A stretch of DNA of 34,495 nt from Saprospiraceae bacterium. GTDB taxonomy: Bacteria; Bacteroidota; Bacteroidia; Chitinophagales; Saprospiraceae. The notes below the pieces were generated by a model. That model did not search any database. It was given only the letters and a program-made list of their open reading frames with translations, and had not been told where the DNA came from. The stretch spans positions 1 through 34,495 of the forward strand of contig JALVEG010000216.1 of the NCBI GenBank assembly GCA_027031145.1, given 5' to 3'. Positions 1 to 8,995 of the stretch are shown here, one piece after another (the stretch's first letter is position 1; each line of letters begins with the position of its first letter). The position numbers and the translations under genes are program-made.

Positions 1-33
1 AACCTAAAAAACAGTTAGCAGAGCAATAAAGAT

Positions 34-729
34 CTATTTGTCTGAAAGAATTATTTCACTTTTTACCAACCAGGAAAAACTAAAAGCTAACAAAGAAGCA
101 GCTTCTAACCAAAACACAGGACGTAAATTATCCAAAGAATTATATTTACCTTTTAGAAAATTGGCATAGATAGCGATCAATACAATAAAAATAATGATTG
201 CATATCCACAGATCTTATAAATTTTATTTCGCAATTTTTTTTCTGCTGTCATTTTAGATCCACTCCTGGTGAATAAAAATAATGAAAATATGGCAAAAGA
301 TATAAATAATAGAGTTGCCGAAACATAATGAATAGTACCTATAATCCCCATATTGACAGGGTTATTGATACAATCGGTAAATGGAGCTCCGGCAGAAGTC
401 GGGAAAAAAGCTACGCCTAATGCAAAAATGCCTGCTAAATTGGCCAATAAATTATCCAGCGAACTATAACCGTAATATGCAAACAATCCCAGAGAAACCG
501 CACATAATACCCCAACGAAAAAATTTCTCATTACAGTATGATAATAAGCACTTATCGAATTTTGTACCAATTCACAGCCTCCAAATACTGCAGCTCCCAC
601 TATTAATATGACCGGTAATAAAATTCCAAGACTTCCTATGATAAGTTGCAAAGTATGACCTGAAACAGGTTCCGGTACTTTTGTTGCATTGGAATTTTCT
701 AATTTTTTAATAAATTCAGGTTGTTTCAT
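34..729 (-). CDS. Polytopic membrane protein of unknown function (about six hydrophobic helices; possibly DUF998-like)
   Basis: 231-aa ORF with repeated 20-25-residue hydrophobic stretches (LQLIIGSLGILLPVILIVGAAVF, FFVGVLCAVSLGLFAYY, LANLAGIFALGVAFF, TLLFISFAIFSLFLF, CGYAIIIFIVLIAIY, WLEAASLLAFSFSWLV). It lies 42 bp downstream of the 1919-aa gene on the same strand, so co-transcription is possible. The family assignment is a recollection, not a search result. Confidence 0.6.
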   Translation of the reverse strand: MKQPEFIKKLENSNATKVPEPVSGHTLQLIIGSLGILLPVILIVGAAVFGGCELVQNSISAYYHTVMRNFFVGVLCAVSLGLFAYYGYSSLDNLLANLAGIFALGVAFFPTSAGAPFTDCINNPVNMGIIGTIHYVSATLLFISFAIFSLFLFTRSGSKMTAEKKLRNKIYKICGYAIIIFIVLIAIYANFLKGKYNSLDNLRPVFWLEAASLLAFSFSWLVKSEIILSDK

Positions 730-771
730 GTGTTTAAATTTTTTTATATTAATGATATTTTGATTCTTAAC

Positions 772-3700
772 TTATCTGATTTTTACTATTTTCTTTGTAA
801 AAATGAATGAACCGTTTTTTAAAATAATAAAATATACTCCATCATTTAATTCGGAAATATCAATTCTTTTATTAATAACATTCCCTTTATTAATTAAAGT
901 TCCTCTGGCGTCATATATAGTAAAAGATACATTATCCGTAATATTAATACCAGCAATATTAATCTCAGACTTTGAAGGTATTGGAAATATGAATAAAGGA
1001 TTGATATCATTATCTATTGTATTTGTTGTGTGTAGCACGATATCGATACAATATTTTTCACTTATACAGTTATTTTCATTTGTTTCAACTACACATATTT
1101 TTCCATTTAAACTATCCAGCCAATTAATTTTTATTGAATTTAATGTCTGACCTTCCAAAATCAATCCATTTTCAACTTCCCAAAAATAAGTTGAATTATT
1201 ATTGGGTCCTATGATTTTATAATTTTCAATACTATTGGTTTTTGGAGTTACAGAGCCTTCGATTCCTTGCACAACAGGAGTATTATATGTTTCTATTGAT
1301 TGCATTATTTGATCAGTGCAACCAAAATTATTTTTTACCGTTAAAATATAATCACCGGGTTCACTAACGATAATGAATGAATTTGTAGAAGAAAATCCTT
1401 GTGGTCCTGTCCAGGTATAAGTATCTCCTCCACTTCCTATAAGAATTGCTGAATCACCTTCACAAAACTTCGGATCACCTACAATATTTATTACAGCAAC
1501 AGGTTTTTCAAATACCGATATTGAAACAGATGCAGTATCAATACAACCATTGCTGTTTTCTGCAATAAGATTGTATTCCCCTTCATTTTTGACGATAATA
1601 AATAGATCGGAAGAAGTAAACCCTTCCGGTCCTGTCCAGAAATAAGTATCACCTCCGCCTGCTATAAGGATCACAGAATCTCCTTCACAAAATTCGGTTG
1701 TACCCACAGGATTTATTACAGCTGACGGTTTATTGTATTCATAGATAAAGACAGATATAGTATCCGTACATCCGTTACTATCTTCCACAAAAAGCTTATA
1801 ATAACCTTCTTTATTTACAGTTACAAATGAATTTGTAGAAGAAAATCCTTCCGGTCCCGTCCATGAATATACAACTCCTCCACTTCCTGTAAGAATTACG
1901 GAATTTCCTTCACAAAAACCATTTGAAATATTGCCTTCCACAGAAATACCGGCAATAACTTTATCTACTTCAATAAAAGTAATAATAGTTGAATCACAAC
2001 CAAATATTGAAATTAAATTATTTTCCCTGAATGTATCTTTTGTTATATTATAATATGTTGTCCTGTCGGGAAACATATAATCATCTCCATAGCATACGGT
2101 ATGGTTTTCTTCAATTAAATAAGCAGGATGTACTTTAATAAAAACAATATTGGAATATGCATTTGAACCTAAATGTACCTCTGCCCTAAAATATTTATCT
2201 TCATGCAAATTTCCGGTTATGTAATGGGCAGTATTAGCTCCGCTGCCCCCTGAAACATTTTTCCAGTTTGTATTACCATCCGGTGATTCTTGCCACTGGA
2301 TAGATCCAACTGAATTTGATAAGTCTAATGTTGTATTTTCACCTTCACACAGTTCCGCATTGGAAGTTGATGCCGTCCCGGCTATGGGATCAGATATTTC
2401 CACAGTTATGCCTATCATGTATCTTATGCTCAAATTATCGGGAAGTTCATAAAAATTACCTCCGTTAATACTTGCTGAATAATAAAATGTTTTATTTCTA
2501 TTTGGTTTTTCGTTTTGTGTTCCTAAAGGATAGTAATCTTTATCGGAATTTGATTTAGTAAGAGCAAATCCTGCTAAAATATCAGTATTTTCCAACAGCG
2601 GAGAATCAAAAATTTTAAAACTTTTCCATTTTCCCAAATCATTTGAAGTAATTAATGTTTTATGCGACTGAGCGATAATATTTCCTAAAGTATCAAGTAG
2701 AACAGCATAAACTTTCTGACCTACGCTTGGAGTATGTTCATATATGAATACATCAACCGATCGAATTTTTGTAGCTCCGTTTATATGGTATTTTGATGCA
2801 AATATTCCTGAATGACCATTGATAAACCCTAAAAAATCATCCGGCTTTTTTGCAGAGGAATAATTAAATTTATCAAAAGTTGTAACTTGAGTCCATGTTT
2901 TGTTATTATCATGGTTATCCGAATCATCCGGAATGCTTATAGAAATTAGATTTTCCCCTATATTTGACGGATTAAAAGGATTAAAATCTACTATAATAGT
3001 TTCTCCCGGATTTATAACCGGAATCGTTTTAACATCAGAGAAATTATTCGATAAAGAAATGTTTAGGCTTACATCCAGATCATATACAGGCTCATATAAA
3101 TTATTGGTCAATGCTGCTGAAATATTTTGCGGATTTCCGTATTTTATTGAAGATTCGCCCAGAGTATATATAGCATCAATGGAAATGTTTTTATTTGTAT
3201 TGGGAATAAATCTATATGTTCTTCCAAAATCCGGTTTTGGTCTGGTATTTGAGTTCCCGTAATTCAAACCATAGGTATATATTTCATCTATTGTATAGTT
3301 TTCATTTGAAAAATATACTTCGTCCCAACCATCTTTGGAATTTTTTCCAACTACCAGAAGTTGCATGAATTTATTACCAGACCCTTTCAAACCACATGCA
3401 GCCGTTTTAAATGAATTGACCGCATTGGCAGGAGTCCAATTTCCATAAATAAATTCAATGATATTTGATGTTTCATATAGTTTAATCTGAAATTCCAGAT
3501 TATCGTAAAATAAACCCGGATAGGTTGTTTTTTCTTTAATGCCTTTATATTGAATTGTACATACCCTGTTTGGACTGTTTCCTGAAGTATAAACACGGTA
3601 TTCAGGATTTGTTCCCCCTGTCAGATTATGGTTAAATATACTTATCAAATTAATATCCTCCGGTTCCGTTGAATCAAATAAACCTTCGCTGTTATAGTTG

Positions 3701-6531
3701 GTATATTTGAAAAATAAGTCAGGCTTAGAGGGAGGGGTGGTACCCAATTTTATAAATCCATTTGTATTTAATATAAATTTGGAAAAGGACATTCGGTTGT
3801 ATTGAAAATCAAAACCTATATCAATAGGATCTGAATTGGCATCATCATAATTAGCAGTAGTAATAATCGAGCCTTTATTGCCTAGATCAATATAAAAACC
3901 TGAAAAATTTTGTGCATCTTCTGCTATATAATTTGAAGTATTACATGTAACCAGAATATAATCTTCTTTTTCAGTAATATCTGATCCAAAGTTATTTATC
4001 ACGGTAAGTTTCACATTATATTTTCCCGGCTTTGAATATTTTACTGTCGGATTTTGTTCATTTGAAGTAGATGGATTACCTCCTTCAAATTCCCAAAACC
4101 AGTTTGAAGGTTCATTGACAGAAATATCCTTAAATTCTGCTGTTTTTCCCGCAACAATAGTAGTATTATCACAAACAAAATCAGCTACCGGAGCTGAATT
4201 TTGACTATAAAGTTCACTTTCCCACAATCCTCTGCCGTATGTAGCTGCACGTAACTTGCTGAAAGAAGGATTGGGATCATAGTAGATTTCCAAATCGCTG
4301 ATTACAACTTTTGGCATACCCGAATTGAAAAATTGCCAATTGGCTGCCCCTCTTTTAACAAACACACCAAAGTCTGTCCCAACATATAGTTCATCCATTA
4401 CCTGGTTTTGCTTGTTTTGTACAATTGTATTTGCAGGTATGTCGGGTAAACCTGCAGAAATATTACTCCATGTCATTCCTCCGTTTGTAGTTTGATAAAC
4501 CACATTGGAATCATAACTTCCCAAAGTAATCCAAACAGTATTAGGATCGTCATATTTCACAAATATTGAAGTAATAAAATTATCCGGAAGACCGGAAGTA
4601 ATATTTTCCCAATTATTGCCGCTGTCTGTCGTTTTCCATATAGTACGGGGTTCGGATGCATAAATGATTTTTATATCTGAAGCTGCAACTGCAAGGCATC
4701 TGAATTTATCTTCGGAATTTTTATTAAATACAATTTCCCATAAATCTCCCTGATCATTGGATTTATAGATATGTTGATAACCTGCATAAAGTATTTTATG
4801 ATTTTGTGGATCCAACGTTAGAGGTGTCACCCATGCTCCTTCAGATCCTGTAGGATGTATTTCATCATAAGGATTAGTCAACCAATGATCTTTTGTTCTA
4901 TATATTTCCATGCCATTTTGAACCTCTCCATATTGTATATTATTATCTGTATAATCAATTAGGCAATCCATACCATCACCATAAATTCTATCAAACCATA
5001 TACCATTATAATAGTTTTTTGTACCGTTATCCTGCAATCCGGTGATTATATCATATTCTTCCGTTTGGGCTACTCCTACTTTATACATTTCGCTACAAAT
5101 AACTCCATTTGAAATATAACTCCAGTCTTTTCCGTTTTCCGTTTTATATAACCCTCCATCATTGCATTCATAGAGAGTAGTTCCGTTAAAAGCAAAAGAA
5201 TGCTTATCTGCATGCACAATTTCACAATATGAACAATAGTAATCCGCCCAAAAATTATTTAATGTCCATGAATGACCTCCATCTGTTGATTTGTAGGTAT
5301 TGATACCGCCACAATATAAAATATCCGGATTGTTCGGATCTACAATTAAAGACATATTACGCCAAGCTTGTCCTCCTGTATCATTACCATCTAAAGCACG
5401 ACCTAAAAGATTTGGAAAAGGTCTAAACAAAGTGGAAAACGATTCGCCGCTATCATTTGACACAGCAATTTCATATAAACCGGATTCTATATTGGAAACC
5501 AAAGCATAAACTTTATTTGGTTGAGCAGGACTTATCGCCAGTTCAATTCTTCTTGCGCCAAAACTATAATAATTATATACATTTTCAATATTAGATCCAT
5601 TATTTGTTAATTTGTATATTTCTCCCAAATATTGATGTGAAGCATATAAAATCGAATGATCATTCGGTTTAAATTCAAGGTCTGCAATATTTTTATCAAA
5701 TATCCTGTTCCAGGTTGTTCCCCCGTTAGTCGTTTTGTATATGCCGTTTGTAGTAGCCGCATAAATTATATTATTATCAGCAGGGTGTATTAATAATCTG
5801 TTTACTGAATAATCGTCTGCAACTTCAAATTCCAATCCGGTTTTATACCAAGTGACTCCTCCATCGGTAGATTTTAATACTCCTATTCCATTGTCATGTC
5901 TCCAGGCATCTTGGTCACCACTTCCGATATATATCGTTTTTGATGTAGAATAGTCGGATGGTATTGCTATTGCAGTAGTGGAAAGATTTTCCAAGTCATC
6001 AGTCAAAGGTATCCAGCTGTGCCCCCAATTTGAAGTTTTCCAAACACCTCCATGTGGTGTTGTTACCCAGAAAGTACTTTTATCAGTAGGATGAAATGCT
6101 ACCTGATTTATTCTTCCAAGACGAAAGCGTTCTAAATCAGAGCTGGCAGGACCTAAATTTCTCCAGTTACCTGCCGGACTTTTTCTTTCTGTTAATTGGT
6201 TTTTTAATTGTATTTTTTTATACTGTCTATTGGCTCTGTCATATTGATTTGATGATGGAAATTCCCATGTTTTCGGGTTTACTCTGGACTCCCAATAATA
6301 TTCCCATCTTTTGAATTGTTTCCAGCCATAAGCTTTCTTTTTAATATTGTTTTCATAATAATAACCGTTTTTAATTTTTTTTTCTTTACAATATTCATTA
6401 AAAGCTTTTCGATAATCTTTAAATGTGACTTTATTGCTTTTTTTGTCTTCAGGCAGATATTGTTGCCATGCTTGCGAAAAAGTATTTTTTGATAGTAATA
6501 ATGCTAAAATAATAAATAAATATGTTTTCAT
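772..6531 (-). CDS. Large T9SS-secreted surface protein: BNR/sortilin-like beta-propeller head, PKD domain, unclassified middle region, Ig-like repeats, type A T9SS C-terminal sorting domain
   Basis: The ORF is open to 6585. I place the start at the ATG at 6531 because MKTYLFIILALLLSKNTFSQ is a canonical signal peptide. Repeated S/T-x-D-x-G-x-T-W BNR-type motifs are present (KSTDGGVTW, KTTNGGTTWN, KSTDGGHSW, QTTNGGMTW). A PKD-like stretch reads ADFVCDNTTIVAGKTAEFKDIS...GKYNVKLTVINNFGSD. There are three ~75-aa CEGDS..L..GG..Y.WTGP.GF repeats. The C-terminal ~75 aa (SFTIYDARGTLI...LNDGVYFIILKNGSFIFTKKIVKIR) fit the T9SS CTD pattern. Confidence 0.9.
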   Translation of the reverse strand: MKTYLFIILALLLSKNTFSQAWQQYLPEDKKSNKVTFKDYRKAFNEYCKEKKIKNGYYYENNIKKKAYGWKQFKRWEYYWESRVNPKTWEFPSSNQYDRANRQYKKIQLKNQLTERKSPAGNWRNLGPASSDLERFRLGRINQVAFHPTDKSTFWVTTPHGGVWKTSNWGHSWIPLTDDLENLSTTAIAIPSDYSTSKTIYIGSGDQDAWRHDNGIGVLKSTDGGVTWYKTGLEFEVADDYSVNRLLIHPADNNIIYAATTNGIYKTTNGGTTWNRIFDKNIADLEFKPNDHSILYASHQYLGEIYKLTNNGSNIENVYNYYSFGARRIELAISPAQPNKVYALVSNIESGLYEIAVSNDSGESFSTLFRPFPNLLGRALDGNDTGGQAWRNMSLIVDPNNPDILYCGGINTYKSTDGGHSWTLNNFWADYYCSYCEIVHADKHSFAFNGTTLYECNDGGLYKTENGKDWSYISNGVICSEMYKVGVAQTEEYDIITGLQDNGTKNYYNGIWFDRIYGDGMDCLIDYTDNNIQYGEVQNGMEIYRTKDHWLTNPYDEIHPTGSEGAWVTPLTLDPQNHKILYAGYQHIYKSNDQGDLWEIVFNKNSEDKFRCLAVAASDIKIIYASEPRTIWKTTDSGNNWENITSGLPDNFITSIFVKYDDPNTVWITLGSYDSNVVYQTTNGGMTWSNISAGLPDIPANTIVQNKQNQVMDELYVGTDFGVFVKRGAANWQFFNSGMPKVVISDLEIYYDPNPSFSKLRAATYGRGLWESELYSQNSAPVADFVCDNTTIVAGKTAEFKDISVNEPSNWFWEFEGGNPSTSNEQNPTVKYSKPGKYNVKLTVINNFGSDITEKEDYILVTCNTSNYIAEDAQNFSGFYIDLGNKGSIITTANYDDANSDPIDIGFDFQYNRMSFSKFILNTNGFIKLGTTPPSKPDLFFKYTNYNSEGLFDSTEPEDINLISIFNHNLTGGTNPEYRVYTSGNSPNRVCTIQYKGIKEKTTYPGLFYDNLEFQIKLYETSNIIEFIYGNWTPANAVNSFKTAACGLKGSGNKFMQLLVVGKNSKDGWDEVYFSNENYTIDEIYTYGLNYGNSNTRPKPDFGRTYRFIPNTNKNISIDAIYTLGESSIKYGNPQNISAALTNNLYEPVYDLDVSLNISLSNNFSDVKTIPVINPGETIIVDFNPFNPSNIGENLISISIPDDSDNHDNNKTWTQVTTFDKFNYSSAKKPDDFLGFINGHSGIFASKYHINGATKIRSVDVFIYEHTPSVGQKVYAVLLDTLGNIIAQSHKTLITSNDLGKWKSFKIFDSPLLENTDILAGFALTKSNSDKDYYPLGTQNEKPNRNKTFYYSASINGGNFYELPDNLSIRYMIGITVEISDPIAGTASTSNAELCEGENTTLDLSNSVGSIQWQESPDGNTNWKNVSGGSGANTAHYITGNLHEDKYFRAEVHLGSNAYSNIVFIKVHPAYLIEENHTVCYGDDYMFPDRTTYYNITKDTFRENNLISIFGCDSTIITFIEVDKVIAGISVEGNISNGFCEGNSVILTGSGGVVYSWTGPEGFSSTNSFVTVNKEGYYKLFVEDSNGCTDTISVFIYEYNKPSAVINPVGTTEFCEGDSVILIAGGGDTYFWTGPEGFTSSDLFIIVKNEGEYNLIAENSNGCIDTASVSISVFEKPVAVINIVGDPKFCEGDSAILIGSGGDTYTWTGPQGFSSTNSFIIVSEPGDYILTVKNNFGCTDQIMQSIETYNTPVVQGIEGSVTPKTNSIENYKIIGPNNNSTYFWEVENGLILEGQTLNSIKINWLDSLNGKICVVETNENNCISEKYCIDIVLHTTNTIDNDINPLFIFPIPSKSEINIAGINITDNVSFTIYDARGTLINKGNVINKRIDISELNDGVYFIILKNGSFIFTKKIVKIR
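1277..1950 (-). repeat. In-frame tandem repeat, 3 units of ~225 bp (three ~75-aa Ig-like modules) inside the 1919-aa gene
   Basis: The protein units are GISVEGNISNGFCEGNSVILTGSGGVVYSWTGPEGFSSTNSF..., SAVINPVGTTEFCEGDSVILIAGGGDTYFWTGPEGFTSSDLF... and VAVINIVGDPKFCEGDSAILIGSGGDTYTWTGPQGFSSTNSF... At DNA level, units 1 and 3 share an identical 25-nt run (aatgaatttgtagaagaaaatcctt, near 1376 and 1827). Confidence 0.8.
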
Positions 6532-6985
6532 CTTTATAAGATTTTGAAATTGCACCTTTGTGTATAAATCAATCCTGATTACCATTCAAAATATATGCTA
6601 TAATTATGATACCATTTTCCTTCCGGGATAAATCCACATTTTAAAATATTATAATTGCAATTTACAATAAAAGCAGTTAAAAATCAAGTGGGAACGTAAA
6701 TTACGGACTCAAAAAGCATGTAAATATTTATATTTTATTTAAATGGGACTTTCCGATTAAAAGAAGCAATTTTATTTATTATAAAAACAGGTAAATTGAT
6801 TCAGTTTTTTTGTAATTTTTTATTATATCTTTTTCCATAGATTCTTGATCTCAAAGATATATCTCCTCACTTTGCCGGCACACCAAAATTGGAATTAACC
6901 CGTTTTATATTACTCAAATTTGATAGTTTGGAAACAATTGATATACAATTACCAAAATAAATCACATTATTGCCTGTTTTTTTTT

Positions 6986-6993
6986 TAACTTTG
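6986..6993 (+). promoter_or_regulatory. Candidate Bacteroidota -7 promoter box (TAACTTTG, exact match to TAnnTTTG) for the ECF sigma gene
   Basis: Exact TAnnTTTG match immediately after a T10 tract (6977-6986) and about 44 nt upstream of the ATG at 7037. The motif definition is established knowledge for Bacteroidota sigma-A promoters. Use of this particular site is inference. Confidence 0.45.
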
Positions 6994-7036
6994 CTTTGTG
7001 TCAGACCAGGATTCACATAAAATATTTGATGAAACA

Positions 7037-7564
7037 ATGTTTGAACAATTGTTTAAAACACAATTTGTCAAATTGTGTAATTATGCCGTTCAGTTTGTTT
7101 ATGATATGGATGCTGCTAAGGATATAACCCAAAAAGTTTTTATTAATCTTTGGGAGAAACGGGAAAATATAAATCCTCAAAAGTCTATTCAGTCTTATTT
7201 ATTTACCTCTGTTAGAAATCGTTGTTTCAATTATATACGCGACAATAAAAAATATCATAGTGAAGTACTTGATATCGAAACCATTGATATTTATCATATG
7301 ACAGATATAGATAATATTTCCCTGAAAGAACTGGAGGATAAAATTGACGGCATATTGAGCAGTTTGCCGGAAAAATGCAGAATAGCATTTGAAATGAGTA
7401 GATATAAAGGAATGAAATATAAGGATATAGCAGAAGAACTAGGGGTTTCGGTAAAAACCGTTGAAGCACATATTTCAAAAGCATTGAAAAGCCTGCGCGA
7501 ACAGTTGAAAGGCTATGAACTGCTATTATTTATTTTAATGGAGTTATTTTATAAAAATATTTAA
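7037..7564 (+). CDS. ECF-type RNA polymerase sigma-70 family factor
   Basis: A region 2-like segment (DAAKDITQKVFINLWEKRENI...SIQSYLFTSVRNRCFNYIR) and a region 4 HTH (CRIAFEMSRYKGMKYKDIAEELGVSVKTVEAHISKALKSLR) are present. The ORF is open from a GTG at 6998, but the -7 box at 6986-6993 would place that GTG at or before the transcription start. I therefore prefer the ATG at 7037. The start is uncertain by 13 codons. Confidence 0.85.
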   Translation: MFEQLFKTQFVKLCNYAVQFVYDMDAAKDITQKVFINLWEKRENINPQKSIQSYLFTSVRNRCFNYIRDNKKYHSEVLDIETIDIYHMTDIDNISLKELEDKIDGILSSLPEKCRIAFEMSRYKGMKYKDIAEELGVSVKTVEAHISKALKSLREQLKGYELLLFILMELFYKNI

Positions 7565-7753
7565 TATAATTAAAGATGTTTGATAAGAAAACGACAAAGA
7601 CAAGGCTTATGAAGTTATTGAAATCAAGGAGTTTACTGTTTGTAAATGACTGTTTCAATAACGAGCATAACGCAGTATTTGACGTTTTATTTCAAACAAT
7701 ATATAGGGTAAAATTAAATTTAAGTGTATAACTATTAGAGTTGTTATGTTATA

Positions 7754-8764
7754 ATGAAAGAAGGAAAACAAAATATTGATTATTTTAAACTTATATCTAA
7801 ATATTTAAGTGGTAACGCCAATGAGCTTGAGGTTAAGCAATTGGAAGATTGGGTATTGGCATCACCTGAGAATAAAGAACAATTCAAAGCATATAAAAAA
7901 GCCTGGATCCTTTCAGGAATTAATCATAATATTAAGGAAATTGATGTTGATAAAGAATGGGTAAATACTGCTAAACAATTATTTAGCGAGAAGAAAGAAA
8001 ATATTCGTCAAATATCGGCTAAACCAAGATACAGAATTGGCAATATCTTCCGAATTGCCGCTGCAGCAGCGATTATCTTAATTACATCTCTGTGGATGTA
8101 CAGATATTTGGAAAAAGATAAATACGTTAATGTTGTTGCTCAAAATAATATAGAAGAAAGTATTTTACCCGATAGTTCAATGATTTATTTGAACAGATAT
8201 TCTTCAGTTAAATATCCAACCATGAAAAATAAAAAACACAGAATGGTTGAATTGACGGGAGATGCTTTTTTTGAAGTAAAACGGGATACGGCTCATTCCT
8301 TTATTGTGAAAGCTGATGATATCAGGGTAGAAGTTTTAGGTACTTCCTTTTATGTGGATGCACGCAAAGATCAAACTCAAATTGTGGTCATCGTTAAATC
8401 GGGAACTGTTGCAGTGGCATCAAAAGATAAAAAAATAATATTAAAAGCCGGTGAAGCGGGAATATATAATAAAAATACCGGTGCATTGATCAAAAAACAA
8501 AACAAAGATCATAATTATTTAGCATGGAAAACAGATTTATTGATTTTTGAAAAAACCAGTCTTGAAGACGTTGTTTTTGATCTAAACAGGAAATTCCATA
8601 CTGATATTTCTATTGGTAATCCTCAATTAGGATCTTGTGAAATTACTGCTACTTTCAATAAAAAATCTCTTGATGCTATTATAAATATTATAGAAAAAAC
8701 ATTAAAAATAAAAGCAGAAAAGAAAGATGGTAGAATCATTTTTACGGGTGAAGGCTGCAATTAA
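7754..8764 (+). CDS. FecR-family anti-sigma factor / transmembrane sensor
   Basis: 336 aa. It has an N-terminal cytoplasmic segment, a single TM helix (IFRIAAAAAIILITSLWMY), a periplasmic FecR-like region (GDAFFEVKRD...FIVKADDIRVEVLGTSFYV) and a C-terminal DUF4974-like tail (LEDVVFDLNRKFHTDISI). It sits directly between an ECF sigma gene and an STN-containing TonB-dependent receptor gene. Confidence 0.85.
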   Translation: MKEGKQNIDYFKLISKYLSGNANELEVKQLEDWVLASPENKEQFKAYKKAWILSGINHNIKEIDVDKEWVNTAKQLFSEKKENIRQISAKPRYRIGNIFRIAAAAAIILITSLWMYRYLEKDKYVNVVAQNNIEESILPDSSMIYLNRYSSVKYPTMKNKKHRMVELTGDAFFEVKRDTAHSFIVKADDIRVEVLGTSFYVDARKDQTQIVVIVKSGTVAVASKDKKIILKAGEAGIYNKNTGALIKKQNKDHNYLAWKTDLLIFEKTSLEDVVFDLNRKFHTDISIGNPQLGSCEITATFNKKSLDAIINIIEKTLKIKAEKKDGRIIFTGEGCN

Positions 8765-8817
8765 TTTTAAAGTAACTAATCAGGTGGTATAATTTATAGA
8801 TTGTCTGCGAGTTGAAA

Positions 8818-8905
8818 GCATAATAATATTTTCTCAATAATCTTTGCCCTTTTAAGGGAAATAAGAAAGGGTTCTCAATAAAAAGTTTTGAAAATATTAT
8901 TATGC
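8818..8905. repeat. Perfect 16-bp inverted repeat (gcataataatattttc / gaaaatattattatgc) enclosing a 56-nt spacer, in the FecR-receptor intergenic region
   Basis: The arms at 8818-8833 and 8890-8905 are exact reverse complements. The spacer contains a direct repeat of ttctcaataa (8831-8840 and 8872-8881) and a small ccctt/aaggg hairpin. Confidence 0.8.
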
Positions 8906-8995
8906 GAATATGATGTTTAAATGTATTTTATTTCGTTTTTGATAATATTCGACCTGAGTAGTTATATTTTAAATAATTTATGTTAATTCTATTAT

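Noticed and set aside
381-6314. Plus-strand ORFs overlapping the first two minus-strand genes (381-611, 803-1150, 2900-3262, 5300-5509, 6096-6314) and the minus-strand off-frame ORF 3387-3596
   Set aside because: They are antisense or off-frame shadows of strongly supported genes, with no motifs.
6532-6585. An 18-codon N-terminal extension of the 1919-aa ORF (MVIRIDLYTKVQFQNLIK)
   Set aside because: The internal Met at 6531 begins a canonical signal peptide (MKTYLFIILALLLSKNTFSQ). The extension would bury it.
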